Source of the DNA: Octopus vulgaris
Taxonomy: Eukaryota
Assembly (NCBI GenBank): GCA_951406725.2
Contig: OX597818.1
Span: 8,990,001-9,054,000, forward strand
DNA length: 64,000 nucleotides
Direction of reading: 5' to 3'
This document shows positions 52,960 through 64,000 of the stretch, in pieces. The notes beneath the pieces were generated by a model. It had not been told where the DNA came from. It did no database searches and saw only the letters and a program-made list of their open reading frames with translations. The position numbers were made by a program, and so were the translations under genes. Position 1 is the first letter of the stretch, and every line of letters begins with the position of its first letter.

Positions 52960-55400
52960 TGTATAGAAGACACCAAGTAGTACTCAAAAGTTTCAAACTT
53001 GGACTCCGATGTCTTCGCACGCTTTGCCAGTAGGGTTATAAGAGGGATCTTGTTCTGTGGGTACAGAGTCAGCTATGGGAGTATACAAATTAAGTAATCA
53101 GGAAATAATATATATATACGAGTGTATGTGTGTGTGTATGTGTGCGTGTGTTTGTGTGTGTGTGTGTGTGAGTGTGTGTGAGTGTGTGTGTGTGTTTATG
53201 TGTGTGTGTTTATACATGGAAAACGAAAGAAGGCAAAAGTGGAAACTTTCATATGATGAATTTACATGTATTCTGTATTGATATGTATATTAGTATGTCC
53301 AACTTACACAGACTACAAGCGAGAGAGTAACTTAAAAGGCTAAAAGAAAGTCCAATAGCTGTCTCTGCGGGCTCGGTAATCCATAATAATGTTGGTAGAT
53401 ATATTTCATCACAAAGTCCGACCATGTGGATGCATTTACCATAGGTTGAGAGGAAATTCCCTCATCGGGGTAGAGAAGATCTTACGTTTCAGATCTTAAT
53501 GCACAGAACTTCAAAGATAGGATGAGTAAATGTGGAGAGTTAAGAGTTGAGAGTGGGGACGAGGGATAATCAAGACAAAGAATGGTGAGAAGAGAAAAGA
53601 GAGTTCAAAAAGTGTGATGGGTTAATAATAAGGTCATTAACGAAGAAGTAGTAAATGTGGGTAGTAGGTAGATAAATAGGAGGTTGGGGAAGATAATGTA
53701 TAAATGGTAGCCTATAGTGTTGAGTTTGTTAATGTTTAGGGTAGAATTGTGGGAAGATTTCTTGAGTCTGATATTATTTAATCGAGGTGTGTTACTGGTG
53801 TTACTGTGTTAGATGTGGCGATTATGGATAGCAAATTAGGTATGGTAGATTACGAGATTTTAACTGGTGATTTATTAAAGAAAGGGTAGTATTTATGCTT
53901 TGGTGGTAAGTTAGAGGTTAAGATTTTAAAGAAAATTTTAGGTAAAGATTTACCAGACTCAACGCATCTTCACACGGCTCTACACATGTGACCACATATA
54001 ATACCAGTGATACTCCTCTCAATCCAATAATGATGCAGATTATACTTCAGGTTCTTCCTCACTAATAACGAGACACTTGAATTTGACCTCCTCAGTAGCA
54101 AACTCCAACCGCAGAGCAGGTAGGATGACTTGCAATTGTCGGCTTTCGCAACTATGCTGTCTTGAAGGTTTTTGCCTGTATAAAAATGTTGTCTACAAGT
54201 GTCATGTTATAACACCACACTTACACAAAGCAAGGGTCTTTATCGGCGATAGTTTTGATTTCAATTGCTGTTATCCTGCATACATGAACTCTTTCTCCAA
54301 TCCAAATTCTAAATCATCTACCTCTTCAGCAACTTATATACACAAACTTAAACCTGAAAATATTCCCTATACCTTTACCTGGTCCATTGTGAGTGAAGTT
54401 CTCACATACTACGCAAATATAAGATGTGTAAATTATGTTTACGAGAATCGCTAAGCAGCCTTCGCCATTACAACCATTAATTATTTAATAGATTCTAGGA
54501 TGTAATACTCTCTTGTAAACACAGGTTCTACTCATCATCTGCGCATATTATTCAATCTATTTAATCCCATAATTATAATTGCCCCTACTAAAAATTAACC
54601 TTGAGGTACAACAAGGTTAGCCTAGCAATTTAACATCTCAACTAATTCTAATCTCCTTATTAAACATTTGTTTCTCATTGTTACCATTGCAAATTTCTTC
54701 TAACCCACTAATCCACTACAACCCATCTCCATCAGTCTCCCCACCAACACAATTTTCTTCTCTCGTTTCTCCTCCACAACCAAAAGCACTAGCTACTATC
54801 TCACTCATTTGGATACATACCTGTCCCACCTCTCAAGTCACTTCCCTTTGTTCAATTCTATATACCTCTACATAACACCGTACTCCTCCTCCAGTACGAA
54901 GACAAATCCATTATCCTACCAACTACCGCAATCTTGACAAGCAACTGATTCCCTTGACTGCTCATCCTCTCTGTTTCTCTCGTGCCTTTCTACATATCTT
55001 AATAATCTCCCTATGCTACAGATCTAGACACTTTACTTCCCTCAAATAAGTACCTTTTCTTTTCTCACCGTCTCAACTAATAATTATATTGCATTCATCC
55101 CTAAACTTTATCAAGCCCAACACAACAGACTAACTTTTATGCACTATCTAGCCCACCTTTGTATTCATCTTCATATTATCCACCTCTAATACTACTCCCA
55201 TGATAGTCTCATAATTAAAACCTAAGTTTTCTTGAACTATCTTTGCTCCTCTCGCCGTTACCTGTCTCTATAGCTCCTGGCTCCTCCCATCTAATTCACT
55301 TAGCACTGCACATTTAATCATTCCATCTTTGAACTCTCGAGCATTTAGATCTGAAATATAAGTTCTTCTCTATCCTGAAGACGGAGGATCGTTTGAATCT
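52960..55400 (+). mobile_element. Penelope-like element relic: GIY-YIG endonuclease with inverted upstream pLTR-like copy
   Basis: ORF 54077-54454: CNCRLSQLCCLEGFCLYKNVVYKCHV..VFIG..SFSN..STSSATYIHKLK..WSI; purine-rich ~53450-53950 mirrors pyrimidine-rich ~54550-55400, with a clear match at 53455-53502 / 55341-55395. Confidence 0.75.
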
Positions 55401-56397
55401 ATGTTAAATGCATCCTTGCAAGCGCATTTTGTGATGAACCAAATCTAACTTGTATGAAGTATGTATTCAGATTGATTCTAATATTGAAGCTTACTTTATT
55501 GACATCAAACTTTCTCCAATGTTCACATAAATTCGACGGTATATCAATAGCGTGCATAAAAGCTGAACCATTTAAGGATGACATACTTAAGGATGACTTG
55601 AAAGCAGTTGCTAAGATTTCGGATAGAGAAACTTTCAGACTTGCAGTACGATTTAGCGGGCGCAATTTTGATTGATTACATCCTAAAATGCACAAAGACT
55701 AGTGGCCATATGGTTTTGTATTTACCGTTATCTCATTGGGAGAAACGGTATTTTCAGTCCTAAACAGAAAAAAAAAACTATGTGGCGCTCACATTTGCCT
55801 TTTCTAAGGGCATAATCAGACGAAATCACACCCTCAAATACGTGTTCGCAGGTTCAGATCATTACTTTCGTTTGTTTGCAATACTGAAACAAATGCAACT
55901 ACGTTTGATAGGGCATGGTCTCAGAATATCTAGAAGCCAAATATCAACATTTTTTTCTTAAATTGCAAATTGATGACGCAATTTTCCAATATCCCATAAA
56001 AACTCAAATTTGGTCAATCCTGGAAATTACCTTAAATGATTGCAATGTAAAATACATCTCTTGTTAATATATTGCTATATAGAAGTCTGCTAGAAGAAAG
56101 TTCAAGCTTTGGTCTCCAAGACTTTAAATCTTCATGTATCCACGGAGCAGAGATGAGAAACCACTTTTTGTCCTCACTGAACAACCTAAAACAACATTTA
56201 AAAACCTGTGTTTTTGATCGGTACAAGTGGACATCAGCGCGTGTTTTAAGTCAATGGGATTTATAGCCTACAGCAGTGTACAGAATTGAACAATTATCTC
56301 CCGTACATATATTTACAGGAATGTTTGTAGACAATTCACCTGCATCTGGAATACCTATACATATATGTGTGTGTGTGTGTATGTTTCTATATATATA

Positions 56398-56458
<61 letters not shown>

Positions 56459-56518
56459 CATGCTCTCTCTCTCTCTATATATTTTATATTCATGACAAAT
56501 CTCTCTCTCTCTCTCTCT

Positions 56519-56560
<42 letters not shown>

Positions 56561-56562
<2 letters not shown>

Positions 56563-56730
56563 CGCAGGAGTGGCTGTGTGGTAACTAGCTTGCTTGCCAA
56601 CCACATGGTTCCGGGGTCGATTTGCTCGACTAAAGGCGGTGCTCTAGCATGGCCGCAGTCAATTGACTGAAACAAGTAGAAAAAGAGTAAAGAGTAATGG
56701 CCGCAGTCAATTGACTGAAACAAGTAAAGA
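56561..56730 (+). mobile_element. Internally deleted SINE with duplicated tail
   Basis: Head joins directly to tail; atggccgcagtcaattgactgaaacaagta occurs twice. Confidence 0.8.
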
Positions 56731-56737
56731 GTATATA

Positions 56738-56806
<69 letters not shown>

Positions 56807-56929
56807 TGTGTGTGTGTGTGTGTGTGTGTGAAATAATATGTTAAAAACATATATATAACTACAAACAGAACAAACGGAAACTGCACACATAGAATGACGC
56901 TAAATACCCCCTCACTTATCCTCCGAAGG

Positions 56930-57450
56930 AAGACAGCAATTTCACATCTTTAAAGATAATATGGATCACTTTGTTGGTGTCAGCGACGAGAAGGTGCTGG
57001 AAAATAGTTGGAAACAAACAACGGATCAAACACGACGGAAAGTGAACATAGAAACAAGAGAGAAAATAATTATACATTATACAAACTAAATAATATTCTA
57101 GAAAAGAGGAATAACGAACTGATAATGGACAAAGACGAAAAAAATACATGGCGGAATGTAGACATGCAAACAAAATGATATAAGCAGGATAAGGTGTTAC
57201 GGCTCAGACATGCGACGGAAAATGAGGAACGCCAGGAAGGGTATCCTAAAGGATTGGGTGCGAAAGGAACAACGGAGAGACAACAAATCGTGTTGAAAGT
57301 GTGAGACAAGAGAAACACGACAGGTCGCCTTAACGATTGGCATGGTAAGGAAATGGAGATGAGCGATGACAATAAAAGTAAAACCGACAAACCACTGGTA
57401 AGACTATGGCATTTATATATTTAAACATGAGCATTGATTTACTATATGAA
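56930..57450 (+). mobile_element. Possible Helitron N-terminal relic
   Basis: LRLRHATENEERQE-type charged repeats similar to 50937-51180. Confidence 0.35.
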
Positions 57451-57942
57451 TAAAAATAATAAGGATGACGGGAGTGCAGTTAAGTGTGCAGTTAGATAAT
57501 ATATAACAATCGTCATGCTATTATGACTTTGTTTCCTCCATCTCCCTTCTTTTACATCTCAGTTTCACTTTGATAATAGAATAGATCACAACATTAATGT
57601 TGTATTTGCCACTCACTTACAGGGGTATGCACCACCTGCGCATCTGTTCTGGAAACGGCTGTAATAGAATATCCGCATACCTTCTTACTTCCTTCGTTTA
57701 TGATCTATAAACATGAAACAACCCAAACCTGACGTTCAACTAGAGTCATCTGTCTGTTTATACATTGACTCCGTCATACATGTACTGGCTCAGTTCGGCA
57801 GCTTATCATTCCTTATTTTGGAAGGTAAGTCAAACTAAACATTAATTATATTTGCCTGTTTTCTTGCCAAATATCGACATCACAATCTTACGATCTAGCG
57901 TACAAGTATCTAGCTACTATCTATAATCTTTTATCGTTAAAC

Positions 57943-58171
57943 TTTTACTTGTTTCAGTCATCAGACTGCGGCCATGCTGAGGCGCCGCCTTGAAGAGTTT
58001 TGGTCGAACAAATCAGCCCCACTAATTTCATTTTTAAAGACTTGTACTCATCCTATCTGTCACTGAAGCCGAGCCATTCAGTTACGGTGATAGAAATACA
58101 TCAACACTGGTTGTCACTGGAAGGTGGGGGACAAACACACACAAATGCACACACACATATACATACATTCA

Positions 58172-58222
<51 letters not shown>

Positions 58223-58240
58223 ATACATACATACATAAAT

Positions 58241-58286
<46 letters not shown>

Positions 58287-58440
58287 GTACGATAGGCTTC
58301 TTTCAGCTTCTGTCCACCGCATGTATTCACAAGGATTTGGTCTACCTGAGATTATAGTAGAAGGCAACAACCCAGGTTTCCACGTAGTGGAGCTGAACCA
58401 GGAACCGTGTAATTGGGATGCTCACTCTCCGCCACACAAC
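57943..58440 (-). mobile_element. Decayed tRNA-derived SINE
   Basis: Reverse complement of the 25126 family. Confidence 0.8.
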
Positions 58441-59121
58441 TACATGGAGTTTTTCTGAGGCGTAGATAGTTAATTATAGATATTATGTAAAAGAGGATCT
58501 AATTTTTTTCATATATTCGAGTCTATTCGTTTTAAGATCAAAGATCAAGCATACCAAAAATCATTAAAGTTCTGCGATATAGAAATATGCAATAATTTTT
58601 CATTTCTATCATTACATGAATAACGTAATTATTACTTAAGCTTATGAATCAGTTTAATGAAACCGTAATATGCAACATAATGATGATCCAAATGAGAACT
58701 TATAACTATCCATGCATCTCTTAAAGAATCCTGGGGATTTTTAGGATTAGTAAAATGCTTTAGAGTATTCGATTCCGTACCTTTATATTTCTCTGTAGAA
58801 ATTCCACAGTAAACAAATGGAAATGTGTTTACTTTAGCATGCGTAAAGCAAATAGCAGTCAGCTACTGGGAGCCAATAGCAGTCAACTTGTGGCATTACC
58901 ATTTAAACTTTAGCTTTCTGACGTTATAGGGATATAAGTATTTACACTAAAGTTTAACGGCTTGGACCTAGTATCTTTCAGTATGGTCTCAGCAGGGAAA
59001 CTGAAGTACATCGCATGCGAATGTTACGGCTCATTGGATGTACATTTAATGTGCCGTCCAGATTGTCACTAACCACATTGTTCTTACCATCACTGAACGG
59101 AGAAAGATATGTGTAAATATT

Positions 59122-59540
59122 CTTATTTCTTTACTGCTCACAAGGGGCTACACACAGAGGGGACAAACAAAGACAGACAAACGGACTTAGTCGATTATAT
59201 CGACCCCAGTGCGTAACTGGTACTTATTCAATCGACCCCGAAATGATGAAAGGCAAAGTCGACCTCGGCGGAATTTGAATTCAGAACGTAAAGACAGACG
59301 AAATACCTATTTCTTTATTACCCACAAGGGGCTAAACATAAAGGGGACAAACAAGGACAGACAAACGGATTGAGTCGATTATATCGACCCCAATGCGTAA
59401 CTGGTACTTATTTTATTGACCCCGAAAGGATAAAAGGCAAAGTCGACATCGGCGAAATTTGAACTCACAATGTAACGGCAGATGAAATACCGCTAGGCAT
59501 TTCGCCAATCGTGCTAACGTTTCTGCCAGCTCGTCGCCTA
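59122..59540 (-). mobile_element. SINE tandem dimer
   Basis: ~185-bp unit tatttcttta..cacaaggggcta..gtcgattatatcgacccc..gcgtaactggtactta..aaaggcaaagtcgac occurs twice. Confidence 0.85.
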
Positions 59541-60330
59541 AAATTTTTAATGTTTAAATATTCTGCCGCTTCCCTTGTCTAATAGGAAACTGATACTCGT
59601 AGTTTTTCTGCATCTGCCAAGACATGAGGAGCTACTTTCATGCCCCGAATACTGTAAAAAAGGCAAACTATTTTAACTTAAGTTTGAACCCATCTCATTG
59701 ACTTTCTTTCAGTTGCCATTTATCATTTCGGTGTCAATACATGATAAACAATGATGCTTTATGCGGAGTGCATAGTGGAATAGAAATAAGTTTAAGAATC
59801 ATGAAAGAAATACAACTGCAGTAAATCACAGTGAAATGTTCGCCAAAGCAAGATACCTAACTATTCAATTTGCAGATGAAAGCAGTGAAATTTATATACT
59901 TGCTAACAAGACAGGAAACACTGCAAGGCTGAGAGATAAAGTGAGAGAAATGAGAGACCGAAGCAAAAGGAGAGAAATATGATATTTGCTACTGATACGA
60001 ATGCCGCGAAATATAATGCAAAAGCACTGACCAAAGGAATTATCCATTGATGTGATTAGGGAAGTGAAAAAGAATTTTTTTTAAACAAGAAGAAAATACT
60101 AGAAACAACAAAAAAATACTAATGGATACGAAAAGGATATATAGAAAGGAGAAAGAAGAAACAGAAAACAAAACATGAATCAAAAAGCTTGAAAACAGCC
60201 TGATAACAAAACTAACTCTCCATGGACTTTGGATGTTTGTAATCATATTGTTATTGTTGATGATGATGATGATGATGATGATGATGACGATGAGGATGAT
60301 GATGAATATTTTTATGTTTTCTTTTGTTTA

Positions 60331-60408
<78 letters not shown>

Positions 60409-60790
60409 CCTTATTATTATCAAGACTGTGAAGATGATGGCGTGCATAATGATGTTTCTGTTGTGTTGGAGGCGATAATTGTTATGTGACCCTAATGTAA
60501 ATTAGTATCTCTGGAATAGAACTTCTTCATATTTCTAGAATATTTTCGTAGCTTTTGTTTACTTGTTTCTTCATATTTCTTTTTGCTTTTCTTTTCTCTC
60601 ATAGGTTTTATCAAGAGCAACAAAAGAAAAATCAATCTAATACATACAATAAACATACATACAAACATCTCCACTTATGTATATATATATGTGTGTGTAT
60701 GTGTGTGTGTGCGTGTGTGTACGTGTGTGTGAGTGTGTGTGTGTGTTTGTGTGCGTGTGTTTGTGTGAGTGTTTGTATACACACACAGAC

Positions 60791-60827
<37 letters not shown>

Positions 60828-60995
60828 ATTATATGTATATCTGTATGTATAGATATGTCTATTGTTATCCATGTACATGTATGTGTGTGTATGTATGTAT
60901 GTGTGTGTGTGTGTGTACATATGCACAGAAACATAACATGCTGCATGAATGTATATATGAACACTCAAGTTTTTGGAATGGCTTTCAGGGTATAA

Positions 60996-61060
<65 letters not shown>

Positions 61061-61633
61061 TGTGTGTGTGTGCCTGTGTCTGTATGCGTGTAACAGAGAA
61101 ATACAGACAGGGAGACAGAAACAGAGGAAGAAAGAGTAATTGTCTGCAAACACATGCAGTAATGAAAGTAGATTCTTCAGCGATAATTAGGAACCAAAAA
61201 TAGTTGCTTAAATGGTCTTTTAGTGTTTATGGTAATGTATGTACTTCAGTTGATTTAGCTTTCTGTCAAGTGGTAGAATTATCTGGATGAATCATTAAGT
61301 TGCAAAACCACCACGAAAGCTGAAAGCCAATGGAGGAGGAAAGATTTTTCTCCGCTATAGATATATATTATTCTTTATTCCATTCAGGTTTTGGTTTTGT
61401 CTTGTTTCTCGATATTGTTATTGCTGATACAGTTTTTTTCTGACTACTTCTATGTTTTTCGTTGTTCAGGCTCATAAAGAATGCCATCATCTTTTCCTTT
61501 GCTATCTTTTATGCTAAACGATATTTTCAGCAGTTTCATACTTTTCTTATATTGATAAGATTTGGGTTGCGAAAAATCCTATATGCATATATACATGCTT
61601 ACATCCATAAGAACATAGAAATATACATACAAT

Positions 61634-61712
<79 letters not shown>

Positions 61713-62099
61713 GTATATACACATACATATATACATACATACATGCTTATACATATATATGTATGTAAGCATGTATATATCTTTGCATATGTGCATATGT
61801 AGGTGGGTGTAAGATAGGCGAATGATATACAGAGAGAAATAGATATGGAGCGGTAGATTCTGACAAGGAACTCATCTTAGTAAATATTTCTAAGGAAAGC
61901 AAGATAAAGTAATTCTCAAGAACTATCCAAAAACGAAAATGTATATGTATGTATAGGGTAATAAAGAAAAGTGGAAAACATTTCAAACCCAGATATTCAT
62001 TTCACAGGATCAACTTTTAAATCATGCATACATATTTATACACATAGAATATTCCAGTTATCGTACACGTACATTTGTTTGAGCCACTGCGTCTCTATG

Positions 62100-62132
<33 letters not shown>

Positions 62133-62260
62133 CATAGGTACATATATAAATATACACACATATACGTGTATGTGCGTATATATATATATATACATATATA
62201 CACATATATATGTAAATCTCTCTTTCTCTCTCTATACCTCTACACAAACACACACGCACG

Positions 62261-62292
<32 letters not shown>

Positions 62293-62304
62293 AAGATAGA
62301 TAGG

Positions 62305-62367
<63 letters not shown>

Positions 62368-62737
62368 TTAGATAGATAGATAGGTAGGTAGGTAGAATAC
62401 GTGTGTCTTCGTGTGTGTCCAAGTGTTTAACTACTGACAGATTCGTAGAAGCCAATTTTTTATCACCGTGCCGGGATGCTGAACTTAACATTCTCCAGAT
62501 TCAGAAAGAAAGCGTGATCCAAATTGTGAGGCAGTGGAAACACTGAGGAAAGAAAAAGGATCACCTCAGGAATTCGCTGTTGTAATCTTTCTCAAATCTT
62601 AAACGATGAATAGCTGAGTTAAAGTAATTTGGGACTTGGAAAGTAATATTACAATTCATTACGTCCGTTGCTATAATGATCATACCAGACATGAAATATA
62701 ATTCATTCTACTGAGCTAGTTTGGCGTCCTATATATA

Positions 62738-62897
<160 letters not shown>

Positions 62898-63030
62898 TAA
62901 ATTCGAGATAAAATCCCTATTAGGCAAATCAAACAATGAAAAACATAAGCCAATACATAAAATTAATTAATTTATATTATTTTAAATATATATCAAAAGT
63001 ATTAAAAGTTTAATAAAAGATAAAGAGTAA

Positions 63031-63103
63031 AACACTACGATCGTTTCATGGCTGTACAATTCGTAATAATTCGAGTTATGATAACAGTCAATCTTCAGAT
63101 TAA
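63031..63103 (-). ncRNA. Type I hammerhead-like motif in a short (TA)n-flanked element (62890-63130)
   Basis: Minus strand: CTGAAGA-ttgactgt...acagccat-GAAAC-gatc-GTA; intact core and palindromic stem III ACGATCGT, but stem I pairs weakly. Confidence 0.5.
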
Positions 63104-63124
63104 TTGAAATATTTATCTTAGCGA

Positions 63125-63174
<50 letters not shown>

Positions 63175-63179
63175 TTTAT

Positions 63180-64000
63180 ATTGCATAGAGGGCATTATTA
63201 CACATAAATGCCGCACGCTAGGAGGGATTCTTAAAGTCATAACTACCAAATATAAACAAATCGTACCGAATGCAATTCTCGAAGCGAGTCATTTAAAAAC
63301 AGAATTTAGCTCCAGATCATCTGTGGTTTCGCAATTAACGCAGTATCCGCGTCCCTTGCTCTTCAGTGAAGCGAATCCAAGATATATCATGAATAAACAA
63401 AAAACATCATACCCGATAGACAATCATCGCCTCCATCGTAGCATATGGAAATGTTTACCCATCATACACCTATGTAAATGGCGGGCTCTTGCGAATTGCA
63501 TTTCGGTAACAACGTGCTTCTTCGGAACAAATTTAAAAATAGGATAAAATCTTAATAAGAAATCTTAACAAGAAATTATCAAGTAGTTAGCGTGAAAAAC
63601 CTCATAAGAGGAAAAAAACTGTAATTTCTTTCTTTGAAAATATTTATTTATATTGTATAGAGGGCATTATTACACATAAATGCCGCACGCTAGGAGAGGC
63701 TCTTAAAGTCATAACTACCAAATATAAACAAATCGTACCGAATGCAATTCTCGAAGCGAGTTATTTAAAAACAAAATTTAGCTTCAGATCACCTGTGATT
63801 TCGCAATTAACGAAGTTTTCAAAGAAAAAAATTTACAGTTCTTTTTCTCTTATGAGGTTTTTCCCGCTAACTACTTGATAATTTCTTGTTAAGATTTCTT
63901 ATTAAGATTTTATCCTATTTTTAAATTTGTTCCGAAGAAGCACGTTGTTACCGAAATGCAATTCGAAAGAGCCCGCCGTTTACATAGGTGTATGATGGGT
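63180..64000 (-). mobile_element. Retrozyme-like element: 472-nt tandem unit plus inverted 5' copy, continues past the right edge
   Basis: 63185-63340 repeats at 63657-63812; ~63840-64000 is the near-exact reverse complement of ~63457-63620. Confidence 0.75.
63309..63372 (-). ncRNA. Type I hammerhead ribozyme
   Basis: gcttca-CTGAAGA-gcaagggacgcggatactgcgttaattgc-GAAA-ccacagatga-TC-tggagc: 6-bp stem I, gcaa/ttgc stem II, AUC cleavage triplet; the tandem half-copy at 63781-63812 has a fully paired stem III. Confidence 0.75.

Overview
Eukaryotic, AT-rich, microsatellite-saturated non-coding DNA. The SINE families and repeat landscape point to a coleoid cephalopod, most likely Octopus (inferred from memory, not searched). 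I see no intact host gene, and nearly all ORFs in the track are microsatellite or antisense artefacts. The window is a mosaic of mobile elements: one apparently intact CR1-type LINE running off the left edge; three decayed Tx1/L1-like LINEs; an R4/Dong-like LINE inside (TAA)n with three copies of a ~550-bp non-autonomous partner; Penelope-like (PLE) RT and GIY-YIG relics; Helitron relics; MITEs; and many tRNA-derived SINEs. There is also a probable AChBP/nicotinic ligand-binding-domain-like pseudogene. The most striking unexplained pattern is a recurring set of short elements combining type I hammerhead ribozyme motifs, partial tandem units of ~472-474 nt and an inverted 5' copy (retrozyme/pLTR-like architecture). 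The best-preserved case is at 63.2-64.0 kb. The CR1 ORF2 also lacks an AUG before its endonuclease domain and overlaps ORF1 across two canonical -1 slippery heptamers. Boundaries were read by eye and are approximate.
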